In this document: piece after piece, positions 19,001 to 28,211 of the stretch
Position numbering within the stretch: the first letter of the stretch is position 1
Layout: the number at the start of each line of letters is the position of its first letter
Source: a virus
Taxonomy: Duplodnaviria > Caudoviricetes
Virus record (IMG/VR): IMGVR_UViG_3300044676_001919
Location: 1-36,214 of that record
Strand: one strand, 5' to 3'
DNA: 36,214 bases
Notes under the pieces: model-generated
Told to the model about the DNA's origin: nothing
What the model saw: the letters and a program-made list of their open reading frames with translations, nothing else
The model's database searches: none
Position numbers and translations under genes: made by a program

Positions 19001-21523
19001 TCCACCTCTAAGTTCTTCGGCTCTAATGTCTTTAAGTGCATCTAAATCATTCATAGCTTTTTGTAGTTCCATTTGATTTTCTACAATACTTTCTGAACCT
19101 TGAACCATTGCTTCTATACTTCTAGTTCTTGCACCAATTCTTTCAAATACTTGAAAGGCTAAAGCAAAAGCAGCCAAGTAACCAGCCATTCTTCCAAAAG
19201 CTACTAACGCACCTTTGATAGCTATAGCAATAGATTCTATTCCTAATGCAAGTGTTGTTGATGCAGCTGCTGCTGCATTACTAAGTACTACTGACTTACC
19301 TAAAGAAATATTGTACATTTCCTGTAGTCCTGTACTTCTTTTTGTCATCATTTGTATTTGAGTATGATATTTTAAGCCAGCTTTGTTTAATGCAGAATAA
19401 TGTGCAGCTAATTCTAAAGTTCCTTGACTAAATATTTTTTGAGATAATCTTAATTTTGTAAATCCAGCTATTTCTTTTTCTTTTTGAGCAATTGATTGAG
19501 TAAATACTTTTCTTTCTAATTTACCACGTTGTATAACTGCAGCAGTCTGTTCCTTAATAGCAGCAACATGTTTTTTGGCTCTAACCATGAATTTTTTAGA
19601 ATGTTGTTGTTCTTCAAATTCTTGTTTTGCTCTTGCTGCTGTTTGTTCTGCAATTGCTGCAGTAACCTTTTTTGCATGCATCGCTGCTTTTTGATTTAAA
19701 AGTGCAGGGTCGGTTACCGCTCTACCACTTGGTCTAAATACACCTTCTTTACCAACTGAACCGCTTGTTAATGATGAAGGTTTAGGAGGACCATATACCA
19801 TACCTGGTCCAGCAGCAGTAGTGCCAGGAGGAGTACCAATTAATGCACTTTGAGTTCTTCTAGCAGCAGCTCCCGCTGTAAGTTGTAATTGTTTAGAAAT
19901 TAATAATGTCTGTCTTTCTTGTACTCCAATTAGCTCTATAGTTTTAGCTATTGTTTTTTGTACTAATAAAATACCCTGTTTTCTAGCAGCGTTGACACGA
20001 CCTATTGCTTGCTCTTGTACTCTTTCACCTTCGACATTTACAACCTTTCCTGGTTTAGCCAAAAGGTTTGCTGTGTTTAAAACTAACCCTCCACGCTTTC
20101 CACCAACTCCAGCCATGTATGCTTTTTGAGCCGTAGTGAATGCTGCTTGTTGACCAGTAGCTACTGCTAATGCAGCAGAATACATTTGAGTATCTTTAGC
20201 TAGTAACTTAAAGTTATTTCTAGCTGCTTTAGTAAACTGAATAATTCCAAAAGATGTACCTAATAATTTTGTTAAATTACCAATAGTTTTTTCTATGTCT
20301 GAAGTAGCTGTAACAAATCCTATCAGTCCTTGTACAAGATTGTTTACCGCAGGTAAGAACGTAGTACCAAATTCTATACCAGCATCACTAACTGTGTTTT
20401 TAAGTATTTGTGTTTGTGATATTACAGTTTGATACTTTCTTTCTGCCTCAGTTAATAATGCATTGTTTTCTAAAAATTCTTGATTAGCCATATCCATAGC
20501 AGCAACAAGAAGAGGTACTGATTTACCACCTTGGTCTTCTTGTGCTCTAGATAGTGCTAATAAAGCTCTCCTAGAACGTATCTGTCCTAGTCCTAATTCT
20601 TCAAGTACTGCAACAGCATCGCCACCTTGTTTTTCAAAGTCTCCTAATCCAGCTAAGAATAATGCTATTGCTCTGTTAGGGTCTACTTCTTCTAATGACT
20701 TAAATGACTCAATTGTCATTCCGCTTATTTCAGCTAATTGTGAAAGTTGACTTCCACCTGTTTTTGTAACTCTATCAACGACCTGTATCAATCGTATAAT
20801 TGCCGTTGAACCTGCTTGAGCTGGCTGACCTATAGCTCTTAAAGAAGTAGCATAAGCTAGTGCATCGACTGCCGCATTGTTAAATTCACTAGAAGTACCA
20901 GCGGTTGCAGTTGCAATCTGAGTAGCTGCTGTAATGATTTCAGATTCAGTAGTAGCAAAGTTGTTACCTAACTTAACTAATGTAGAAGCTAAGTTATCTA
21001 AATCATTAGTAGCTAGTCCTGTTATTTTTTGTAATCTTGCTAATGATAGAGCTGCTTGGTCTGCACTTAAGTTAGTAGCAACAGTAAGTTTTTGGATTGT
21101 GTCAGTAAACTTAACAATATTATTAGCTTGTATTCCTAACTGACCACCAATAGATGCAATTTGATTTAAAGATTCAATTGTTGCTGGAGAAAATTTAGCA
21201 ATGTTTCTTATTTCTTTTGCAATATTTGCAAACTGTCTTTCGACTTCTTGTGCCTCGCCTTTGACATCTAATGTTTTCTTAACATCTGCAAACTGTTGTT
21301 CAAATGTTGCAGCTGCTTTTGCACCTATAGCAAATGATGCAACTATTGCACCACCTATACCTGCAACAACAGGTGTCATAGCTTTTACAGATTGAGCAGA
21401 AGCTTTAGACCTCTGAGCCATTCTATTCATGGCTCTATCTACATCACGAGTTGCTCTATTTAAAGCTTTATTATCAAAACCTACATCAAGCGTGGCCCTA
21501 ATTTTTGCTGCTTCTATTGCCAT
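16046..21523 (-). CDS. Tape measure protein (1825 aa)
   Basis: Long Ala/Leu/Glu/Lys-rich helical ORF after the TAC pair; TP901-type core (FEQQFADVKKT...GGQLGI...LGNNFATTESEI), a SRSPS motif and C-terminal GG...ALVGEYGPE motifs. Confidence 0.95.
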   Translation of the reverse strand: MAIEAAKIRATLDVGFDNKALNRATRDVDRAMNRMAQRSKASAQSVKAMTPVVAGIGGAIVASFAIGAKAAATFEQQFADVKKTLDVKGEAQEVERQFANIAKEIRNIAKFSPATIESLNQIASIGGQLGIQANNIVKFTDTIQKLTVATNLSADQAALSLARLQKITGLATNDLDNLASTLVKLGNNFATTESEIITAATQIATATAGTSSEFNNAAVDALAYATSLRAIGQPAQAGSTAIIRLIQVVDRVTKTGGSQLSQLAEISGMTIESFKSLEEVDPNRAIALFLAGLGDFEKQGGDAVAVLEELGLGQIRSRRALLALSRAQEDQGGKSVPLLVAAMDMANQEFLENNALLTEAERKYQTVISQTQILKNTVSDAGIEFGTTFLPAVNNLVQGLIGFVTATSDIEKTIGNLTKLLGTSFGIIQFTKAARNNFKLLAKDTQMYSAALAVATGQQAAFTTAQKAYMAGVGGKRGGLVLNTANLLAKPGKVVNVEGERVQEQAIGRVNAARKQGILLVQKTIAKTIELIGVQERQTLLISKQLQLTAGAAARRTQSALIGTPPGTTAAGPGMVYGPPKPSSLTSGSVGKEGVFRPSGRAVTDPALLNQKAAMHAKKVTAAIAEQTAARAKQEFEEQQHSKKFMVRAKKHVAAIKEQTAAVIQRGKLERKVFTQSIAQKEKEIAGFTKLRLSQKIFSQGTLELAAHYSALNKAGLKYHTQIQMMTKRSTGLQEMYNISLGKSVVLSNAAAAASTTLALGIESIAIAIKGALVAFGRMAGYLAAFALAFQVFERIGARTRSIEAMVQGSESIVENQMELQKAMNDLDALKDIRAEELRGGADRTVIDTIDSRIASIEEALRKGKLNIRKESAGLLLPILEAAATEGGDVDLQLRSTAAVLGTDLNTFSEKFAMSMSTLVTDMQSGRLPTINTVINELLGDYSAFGPELTANLNKINREFEGGILGAIDTAYSKLFFGPDTEELVDNASGRMLMSITGFIDKLAGRDTFKDKAGGAMGIAGIMDETFEAQERILEGKGDFGDLFEDLDPEEALEMASALDLIADTLQAVSGLTLEEIIEGGEVEFKKTAALVQARVAYLNKTQEALVAAGALDFKDQIDAAQDYTAAAEQVARLTKQQFEGAADGIERMRDELGLTEEAFVGVMEMVEDALQASMNRAINIFSAMPDKMLGTFEDFTLKLKQKLKLEQEFASLVKELSIFAPLLAKQFADAGPAAIEQLRKAVSVPQMAGAVEAQLLQNVGPEMQDAVRKALAEQIESGTVNEEAYGLGGDLTLGIVEGIESQKDNLIGTFRDVFVDAIDEARDFLKSRSPSLTTKNMIGIPMIDGIIAGIKSKTPSLKQGLDEILKGIPGVISDITTQAQKDFGTLTRLTGAMRGVAEAQKSRITSEHELLRVMRDRSSFQERLKKNEDALAKAEISGRVGNITVEEEIGLLRNKLDIQKQIDAIQGKRSASDQLAIVKKEEELADLRLLNNKGVVSNLELAAAEEDLAQMKGDDLTDDEKKLALLELTHAQNKNNEAIDNANAISDELVRLREENIRLIEEEELLDVDLTIATNNLAASKERVIDADLQLESARAAFNLQIASDGEFMTRLFNLTDQYNELGNAVKYVYQNQGDLSGLDTRATKAIENSAKDIIEETEAPAEPVYKGDGPPAKEETKKRVFDFQVPGYEMLPDYIKDQIHQVDSRYLYGLPDYITGMAMGGRVKKYGMGGRVKKYGYGGRGDPMQRALVGEYGPEEVKFIPGNGFLVKPLSDGRGGTVVNNLNVNVTGVPADPIAARKAAQQISRALRKLDKEGSSGTGLRRN

Positions 21524-21539
21524 AAATTATCCTGTTAAG

Positions 21540-21869
21540 TTATATCTTTTTTCCGCCAGACTGTTTTACGAAATCGTCTAAGCTCATTGTAGAGCGTGGT
21601 CTTCTTCTATTGCGTATTTGGTCTAGCTCTTTCTTCCACCATCCTTTCTTTGGTTCTGCACTTTTTGACTCAGAAACATACTCTTCATCGTTCATATAAG
21701 CGTTATACATTGGTGCATAAAAAATAGACTTATCTACAGGTAAGTTTGCTAAATTGTTCATAAACTTTCTCCATGGATATTCAAGTGGATTATGAATACT
21801 GTAAAATCTTAAAAAATCTGATTCTACTGCTCCCCATCGACGCATGATGTCCATATAGGAGAAACTTAT
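21540..21869 (-). CDS. Tail assembly chaperone, post-frameshift segment (gpT-like; fusion about 225 aa)
   Basis: The -1 frame is open from the slippery site (CCC AAA ATA AGT TTC TCC TAT ATG GAC...) into the listed 104-aa ORF; W.AVESDF.RFY.I.....WRKF pattern. Confidence 0.85.
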   Translation of the reverse strand: MSFSYMDIMRRWGAVESDFLRFYSIHNPLEYPWRKFMNNLANLPVDKSIFYAPMYNAYMNDEEYVSESKSAEPKKGWWKKELDQIRNRRRPRSTMSLDDFVKQSGGKKI

Positions 21870-22216
21870 TTTGGGCTGTCTTCGTCTCCTTCAGATTCGA
21901 CAGTTTCTTCGTCTCCAGCTCCGATTCCATATTCGTCTAAAAGCCAATTTAATAATGCTTCTAGTTGTGGCCATGTTGCACCACCTTCGATTACTTCTTC
22001 CATAAGCTCTTTGCCTAAAAGAGATTCAAGCCAGTCTGGTACGTAATTACTTGGTAATCCACCAGTATCATCCATGTATCTCATTTGTGCAAGAACTACT
22101 CTTGCTGGAATTTCAGCAGGAACTGTATATTCCTTGCCGTTTAACTTAAAATTAAGTTCACCTTTGTCTGACTCTTTTAAAGCAGAATCAAAATCTTTTA
22201 ACTCTTTGTCGTTCAC
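21866..22216 (-). CDS. Tail assembly chaperone (gpG-like, 116 aa)
   Basis: Lies between MTP and TMP, GTG start with GGAGG RBS, acidic, ends ...DSPK* on a slippery heptamer. Confidence 0.88.
   Translation of the reverse strand: MNDKELKDFDSALKESDKGELNFKLNGKEYTVPAEIPARVVLAQMRYMDDTGGLPSNYVPDWLESLLGKELMEEVIEGGATWPQLEALLNWLLDEYGIGAGDEETVESEGDEDSPK
21869..21875 (-). promoter_or_regulatory. Programmed -1 ribosomal frameshift heptamer C CCA AAA
   Basis: XXXYYYZ heptamer in the correct phase immediately before the TAA of the TAC gene; a -1 shift joins the two ORFs. Confidence 0.88.
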
Positions 22217-22247
22217 ACCGACCTCCGTCTTCTTTCATAATTATTTA

Positions 22248-22895
22248 TTAGTTAATGTCGAATACATCTGAATCGTTTGTATTATCAACAATTCTGAATA
22301 ATTCTGTGTACTGTGCAACAGATTTAGGTCTTAAAACCTTAAACTCAGTTGCAATAACAACTTTCTGAGGAGCTTTTTGATGAGCCATAGAGAAAGCACC
22401 AACGTTAATAGCACGTGGTATTTCTACATGTCTATCTGCTCCAGCAGGTCCGTCAACAATTAACAATAATGATTTCTCATCAAAGTCATCTGTTGATGGT
22501 GGCTTTACAGCGTTATAACCAGTTGCATAACCATTTGAACCATCACCAGTTGTAATAGTTCCACCACCAAGAGCTACTTGTAAGTTAGCTTGTGAAGCTT
22601 GTGCAAGTTCACCAGTTAATCTAACTTCTTGAGCAGTCTTGAAGGTTGCAATAGGGTCAATTTCTTCAGCGACCATAATGTCTTCAAATGTTTTATCCAT
22701 TTCAAGAGTCCAGCCGTCTTCAGAATATCCTACGTCAACCCAGCTAGCAGCAGGGTCAGTCCATGCTCCAGCTCCGTCGTCTGTAGGAAATGCTACATAA
22801 TCACCAGATGCGTTACCTTCGTTGCTTATTGCAGCAACATAAAGTACACCAGTTCCGACAATAACTTCGGATATTGTACCATTAGTATTTGGCAT
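22248..22895 (-). CDS. Major tail (tube) protein (215 aa)
   Basis: V.VG.G.LYVA...W.DVGYSEDG motif typical of siphovirus tube proteins; strong ACAGGAGA RBS; upstream of TAC. Confidence 0.88.
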   Translation of the reverse strand: MPNTNGTISEVIVGTGVLYVAAISNEGNASGDYVAFPTDDGAGAWTDPAASWVDVGYSEDGWTLEMDKTFEDIMVAEEIDPIATFKTAQEVRLTGELAQASQANLQVALGGGTITTGDGSNGYATGYNAVKPPSTDDFDEKSLLLIVDGPAGADRHVEIPRAINVGAFSMAHQKAPQKVVIATEFKVLRPKSVAQYTELFRIVDNTNDSDVFDIN

Positions 22896-22908
22896 ATATT
22901 ATCTCCTG

Positions 22909-23214
22909 TTATTCTTCTTCGCTTATACTGTCTTGCAAGACACTCTCGGCTTCGAGAGAATCTTCAACGTCAGCTTCCCACGGAGCATCTTCAGGTTCAT
23001 TGTCTTCCACTGAAGACTCTGAATCTACCTCGATAAGAAAAGGATAAGCATCTCCTGCGAGATACCAATTTTTTTCCTTTAACCTATTCCAGTCAGATTC
23101 TCCAATCTCTACCGCATCATTTTGGCTAAACACTAAACCTGTTACTACATCTCTCGCTTTATCACGATTAAATAGTGGGTGAAGCTTCGCCAAAACTTTC
23201 TTTTCGTTTTTCAT
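22909..23214 (-). CDS. Hypothetical protein with acidic C-terminal tail (101 aa)
   Basis: Fills the gap between tail terminator and MTP; AGGA RBS. Confidence 0.7.
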   Translation of the reverse strand: MKNEKKVLAKLHPLFNRDKARDVVTGLVFSQNDAVEIGESDWNRLKEKNWYLAGDAYPFLIEVDSESSVEDNEPEDAPWEADVEDSLEAESVLQDSISEEE

Positions 23215-23221
23215 AATATTC

Positions 23222-23704
23222 CTATACCGCTCTGTACGTCATTGCTAGTGCGAATGAATATCTTCCTAATCCTGTTCCAATCTCTTCTATACGAGTTGGA
23301 AACTGAACTACGTCGAATCCATATATCTTCGCTCTAGTATTGGTCGTATCCGTTACTATATACCCATTAGCATAGTTGAAAGCTGCTTGAATTGTAGCAT
23401 TTGCTAAAGACATTGCTGTTCCGTAATCTGCAAAAGGTTTATCATTTCCAGAACCTCCCCATCTACCTGCGTATGCTTCCATAGGTAATAGTGCGGATTG
23501 TATGTGTGCCTCACTTCTTGGGTTAATTAAAGCACCACCAGCTCTAAACATAACTAAAAAAGGTAAACTGGCATTTCTTGGTAATCTAGTAGCTATATTT
23601 GTTCCACAAATGTCAGTAATTAATGTTTCATTTAAAGCCCACTCTCTTGCAATAATTTCTGCATCAGGTGGTACTAATTGATTTTGGTCTCGTGTATTTG
23701 GCAT
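23222..23704 (-). CDS. Tail terminator/completion protein (160 aa)
   Basis: PDAE.I.....L...IATRLP....LPFLV..R.GG...RY.F pattern and position upstream of MTP. Confidence 0.75.
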   Translation of the reverse strand: MPNTRDQNQLVPPDAEIIAREWALNETLITDICGTNIATRLPRNASLPFLVMFRAGGALINPRSEAHIQSALLPMEAYAGRWGGSGNDKPFADYGTAMSLANATIQAAFNYANGYIVTDTTNTRAKIYGFDVVQFPTRIEEIGTGLGRYSFALAMTYRAV

Positions 23705-23723
23705 ATATTTATCCTAACACTTA

Positions 23724-26700
23724 TTATTCTGAGAAGTCGTCATCTAAATCAAAGAAATCATATTCGTTCTCTTCATCAATGTCTCTTTGTCTGCTTTGGA
23801 AAGCATTACTTCCTTGTACTAAGGAAACAATATATCTTTGTATTCCTACTAATGAAGTATCTGCTTGAAATGGTATACCTGCACTTTCTGAAAATGCTGC
23901 GTGATTTCTTCTAGCATGCTCAACATAGCCTTGCTGTAAAAATCCTTTTCTTAAAACTAACTCTGTAGCGTCTCTTACTTCTAAGAATATAGTCTGATTA
24001 CCTATCTTTCTACCATTTTCTACCGCTGATACAACTGCTTCAAAACCATCTACTTGTTGCTTCTTAGTAGTCATACCGCCTACTTTCTTAACTATGTCAT
24101 CATATACAGTGTTTGCAGATGTAGCTACTAATCCATTATCAACAAGTGGTTGAGGTTGGCCTGCTCTAGATTCATCTAGCCTTGAACTTCTAGCTGTTTC
24201 AGGACCTTTCTTACGACTACCCCTTCTTCCACCAACTTTAGGTATTTCATTTCTTTCATTATTTAAGTTAAATGTTCTATTAGCACTTAAGGTATTAAAG
24301 TTTGTTTGCATTTCTGCTGCTATCTCATTAACTGGCCTTACTTTTCCAGATGAATCTAAAACCTCTACTTTCATTATCTGTCTTAAATGTTCTTTATCGT
24401 TTAGTAAAGCAACGAAGTCTCTATATGATGGTTCACCATTTCTTATTCTCCTTATAGCATCATCAGTCAATTCACCACCAACAAATTTACCTTGTGGCAT
24501 AAATTCTGCAGTAGCTTTGTCGTATAAACTTCCTCCTGGTACAGCTTCAGCAAATTGTGCACCACTACCTACATTCCCAGCCTCAGGATTAATTATTTTT
24601 AATCTTCCATTTTCTCTTCTAGCTTCACGCCTTTTCCTTTGATTTCTAATGCCTACTTTTCCAAATCTTGTTATGTGGTCCATTAACACAGTGCCTAATC
24701 TGTCAGCGGCTGCTACAAAAGATATAATATCTGCAGGATATTTTTCCATTTGTTTACTAATTATAAGAAGTGTTTCTTCTACAGCTTTATTTGCTGCTGC
24801 ATCTAATGCTGCATCATCTACAGAGCCAGATGCTTGTTGTTTAAACCTAGTTCTAAAACCTATATACAATTCATTTTTTAATCTTTGTCCATTTGCTAAT
24901 AATCCAGCTTGAGAAAGTTTTCTAGTTGCAATGTCTGGTGCTGCTTCAAGTATGTCATTTTGCAAATCAGCCATAATAAGATTATCTAAATCAACACCTT
25001 GTCTTAATAAACTACCAGGAATTAAGTTAATTGTTTCACCATCAACTTGTGCGTATCTTCCTGCCTCTTTTCCTTTAGCTCTTAGTAAGTTGTTTTGCTG
25101 TTTTTGAACTTCAAAGAAATTACCTTGAGCATTTTTTGTAAAGTCATATTCATCTACTGCTTTGGCAAATGGTGTTTGACCAGCTCCACCTCTCACAGCT
25201 TTATTAAGCTTACTGCTCTTACCACCTGCAAAATTAGGATTTAACATTTCGCTAATCATATCTAAGTCACTTCTAGTAATTCCTAACTCAGAACCCTGTA
25301 ATACTAACATTCCATCTTTAGTCATAGCTTCACCAGTTTTAGAAGTCTTTACAGTTGCTGCCATATCATCTAACACATTTCTTGTTTCCCTAGTTGCAGT
25401 AGCACTTCTAAAGTTCATAGCTATATAAGCTGCATCACCAGCAAATCTTTTCACTCCACCAACATTTGCTTTTTTAACACCTTTTTTAAATTTATTACTT
25501 TTCATCAATATTCCAATATCAGAACCAGTCATTTTAAATTTACCTTTTCTAACACCTTTAGCTAACCCTATACTTCCAGCAGCGTTTGTGGCGCTTCTAT
25601 ACATAAATAAGCTTGGTAGGTATTGATATCCATCTGTTCTTTCATTTAGTCCTCCATGCCTATCTGTAGCTGGTCCACCAAACTCTATTTGAAAAGCATC
25701 TCTTTGAGCATCTGCTGTTTTAGATTTTTCAGTAAGTCCACCAAAATCTACATAGAAAGAAACTAAAGTCCTTTTATTTTTTAAATCTGGTTTTAATGCA
25801 TGAATAGCTTTTTGAATATGTTGCCTTGTCGGAACATAGTTGTGTCTTTGTCTGTTAGCACTAAATTTAGCAGTAACAATTGGCTGAGTACTAATTGGGT
25901 CATCTATCTTTTCAGTAATTTGTTTCCAGTTAGGTTTTTTATGGTTACCTTTAACCTTTTCTTGAACAGAAACAACTGATTGACTTGATGGGTCATACCT
26001 ATTTTTCCAACCAAATCCTGCTTTCTCTTCTAATACATTAGATGAGTCACCTGCAATAAATCCATCTCTAACCCAACGTTTTCTTTTTGTAACACCCTGT
26101 TGTACTAAATCACCTCTTAAAACTCTTGCATGTTGTCTAAGTTTTCCTTTTTCAGATAAGTCACCACCCATCAAGTGAAACTCTAATAGATTAGTACCTA
26201 TTATTGCTAAATACTGTTCAGCACGCATTTCAACATTATTAGTTAGCTTAATTAAATCTTTGCCTCTTTCCATTTCTGCTGCAGTTTTTAATAGGTCTCC
26301 AGCAGCATCTGCAAGTTCTTGTTTTGTTTTAGTACTTATAGCTCCAAAAGCATAAGTTGCTCCAGTACCTTCAATTAAGAAATCAAAAAATTCAGGATTA
26401 GCATTAAGTACTTGTTTTTCAATTTCTTTAGCTTTATGTACTCTAGTAGATTGTGTTACCATAACCCCATCAGCACTCACACTTGTTTTAATTTTGTCTG
26501 GATGATAACCACTATCTGTCTTTCTTGGTTTTCTAACTTTAGCTGACATTATCTCATCAATGTCTGCTCTTTTCATCAAAGCATCGATTTCATCTCCACT
26601 GTAACTTCTTAATGTATACGCAGTAAGTAAATCATCTCCTACTCGTAAGTCATCAATGTTCTGACTTCTATTTAATTCTTTTTGAGCTTTAGCAAGTGCA

Positions 26701-27191
26701 TAAGGGTCTGGAGATTGTGCTATTGCTAATGCTTGTGTCCTTCGTTGCCATAAAGTCATTGGACTGTCTATTTTTATTAAGTCTCTTTGTATAGCTCTAT
26801 CCATTCTTTTTGGATTAATTTCTAGCTTTGCTCTAAAAATAACTCTGTCCATATATCCAAGAGCTCGTGCTGATGCTTTACCAAAAGCAATATTCATAGC
26901 CCTACCTCCTAATCCACCTAAATCAGGAGCAAGGCTTCTAAATGCTGTATTTAAAGCTGTTGCACCACCTTTGAATGCTATACGTCTTGCTACAGATGTT
27001 CCTTGTCCTGTTAACTGTTTTGTTAAAGCAAGCCTGTCGTTCGATGCTTCTAGCAAGTCATAACCAGCACCTCTAAATCCACTAGTGTTTACCCCTAAAG
27101 CTGAGCCAATAGTACCTGCACCTTTTAATCCTGCATAAACTTTTTCTTTAGGCTTTTTAGCCTTACTTACTGAATTGAAGAAAAATCCCAT
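23724..27191 (-). CDS. Large basic protein in the neck-protein (HK97 gp10-like) position (1155 aa)
   Basis: Long uninterrupted ORF between head closure and tail terminator; internal AFQIEFGG...PSLFMYRSA resembles the gp10 'A..vEfG...P.fm.pA' motif. The CDS is solid; the function is tentative. Confidence 0.6.
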   Translation of the reverse strand: MGFFFNSVSKAKKPKEKVYAGLKGAGTIGSALGVNTSGFRGAGYDLLEASNDRLALTKQLTGQGTSVARRIAFKGGATALNTAFRSLAPDLGGLGGRAMNIAFGKASARALGYMDRVIFRAKLEINPKRMDRAIQRDLIKIDSPMTLWQRRTQALAIAQSPDPYALAKAQKELNRSQNIDDLRVGDDLLTAYTLRSYSGDEIDALMKRADIDEIMSAKVRKPRKTDSGYHPDKIKTSVSADGVMVTQSTRVHKAKEIEKQVLNANPEFFDFLIEGTGATYAFGAISTKTKQELADAAGDLLKTAAEMERGKDLIKLTNNVEMRAEQYLAIIGTNLLEFHLMGGDLSEKGKLRQHARVLRGDLVQQGVTKRKRWVRDGFIAGDSSNVLEEKAGFGWKNRYDPSSQSVVSVQEKVKGNHKKPNWKQITEKIDDPISTQPIVTAKFSANRQRHNYVPTRQHIQKAIHALKPDLKNKRTLVSFYVDFGGLTEKSKTADAQRDAFQIEFGGPATDRHGGLNERTDGYQYLPSLFMYRSATNAAGSIGLAKGVRKGKFKMTGSDIGILMKSNKFKKGVKKANVGGVKRFAGDAAYIAMNFRSATATRETRNVLDDMAATVKTSKTGEAMTKDGMLVLQGSELGITRSDLDMISEMLNPNFAGGKSSKLNKAVRGGAGQTPFAKAVDEYDFTKNAQGNFFEVQKQQNNLLRAKGKEAGRYAQVDGETINLIPGSLLRQGVDLDNLIMADLQNDILEAAPDIATRKLSQAGLLANGQRLKNELYIGFRTRFKQQASGSVDDAALDAAANKAVEETLLIISKQMEKYPADIISFVAAADRLGTVLMDHITRFGKVGIRNQRKRREARRENGRLKIINPEAGNVGSGAQFAEAVPGGSLYDKATAEFMPQGKFVGGELTDDAIRRIRNGEPSYRDFVALLNDKEHLRQIMKVEVLDSSGKVRPVNEIAAEMQTNFNTLSANRTFNLNNERNEIPKVGGRRGSRKKGPETARSSRLDESRAGQPQPLVDNGLVATSANTVYDDIVKKVGGMTTKKQQVDGFEAVVSAVENGRKIGNQTIFLEVRDATELVLRKGFLQQGYVEHARRNHAAFSESAGIPFQADTSLVGIQRYIVSLVQGSNAFQSRQRDIDEENEYDFFDLDDDFSE

Positions 27192-27194
27192 AGC

Positions 27195-27536
27195 TTACTC
27201 TCTATAAAGTAAACTCAAGTTTTTATAATATACTCCGCCATCTCTTTTTCTTGCTTCGGTAACTGTTTGTATTTCGTAGTACTTTGTACCATCGTAAACT
27301 CTGTCTGATGCTTTAACATCTGTATCTCCTGGAACTACAGCAGCAAATGTTTGTATAGTTGTGTTTCTTCCATCTCTATCTTCTGATTCACTTGTCTTTA
27401 CAAGACGAGTTTTTACATTTGTTGAACTATTTGTCCATGCGTCTGACTCGTTACCTCTTTCATCAACTGTAGTACCAGAGGTTCGTTGTATTGTTATGGT
27501 GTCTATTAAGTGGCGAGTGTTAAAATGTGCTGGCAT
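27195..27536 (-). CDS. Head closure/head-tail joining protein (about 113 aa)
   Basis: ITIQR....DE.GN....W...DVKASDRV......YEI pattern (SPP1 gp16-like). Start placed at ATG 27536, just after the upstream TGA, rather than TTG 27545. Confidence 0.8.
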   Translation of the reverse strand: MPAHFNTRHLIDTITIQRTSGTTVDERGNESDAWTNSSTNVKTRLVKTSESEDRDGRNTTIQTFAAVVPGDTDVKASDRVYDGTKYYEIQTVTEARKRDGGVYYKNLSLLYRE

Positions 27537-27537
27537 A

Positions 27538-28194
27538 TCATACAAAGAATTGTCTTCTAAATGGAGATAACAAAGACATGTCAGTAGCAGTTAATACTGC
27601 TGTTGAATTTAAGTTTAATGAACCAGGATAAGTTATAGAATAATCTCCAATTCTTTGACTATCCCCTAATGTAAAGTTTGATACTTCTGTAGTAGATTGA
27701 CCTGTAACATCTCCAGCTTCTTGTTGTGATGCAATAATTAATGAAGACTGTAATAATCTAGCTGAAGCTCTTTCAGATACACTCTTAAACTGTATTGGAA
27801 GTTCAGGACTATTTCCTGAGCCTCTTGCATAGTATCCTGCGTTATAAGTAACAACTATGTTTTGTGGTTTTGCATAAGACCATCTATGGCCAACTCTTTG
27901 TAATCTACCGTTGGAATAAAATATATAGTCTTCTTCATTACCCTGTGTAAGTGTAAAGTCATCTTCAACTACAGATGTTATAGAATTTACAGGTAAATGA
28001 GATAAAAATAATTCTTTAGTCTGGTCACCTGTGAATGTTTCAACTTGAGTAGCTTGTTCTACGTCATAGCCAACATACTCTTTAACAACAGCATCAGCTA
28101 ATGGAATTATATTGTTTGTTAAATGTGTTTCTAAATCTGAATCAATTTCAAACTGCATGTAAGATTCTACATCAGCAGCAGTACAGAAAGGCAT
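27538..28194 (-). CDS. Head-tail adaptor (gp6/gp15-like, 218 aa)
   Basis: FCT..DVE.Y...L...PV.SITSV...VTY.AGY...P...IGDYSITY...L..FRR pattern; AGGAGG RBS. Confidence 0.85.
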   Translation of the reverse strand: MPFCTAADVESYMQFEIDSDLETHLTNNIIPLADAVVKEYVGYDVEQATQVETFTGDQTKELFLSHLPVNSITSVVEDDFTLTQGNEEDYIFYSNGRLQRVGHRWSYAKPQNIVVTYNAGYYARGSGNSPELPIQFKSVSERASARLLQSSLIIASQQEAGDVTGQSTTEVSNFTLGDSQRIGDYSITYPGSLNLNSTAVLTATDMSLLSPFRRQFFV

Positions 28195-28211
28195 AAGTTA
28201 GACCTCCTGAT

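Noticed and set aside
23727-23780. SSB C-terminal tip mimic (FFDLDDDFSE) in the 1155-aa protein
   Set aside because: Lacks the terminal IPF/PF, and acidic tails are common in this genome.
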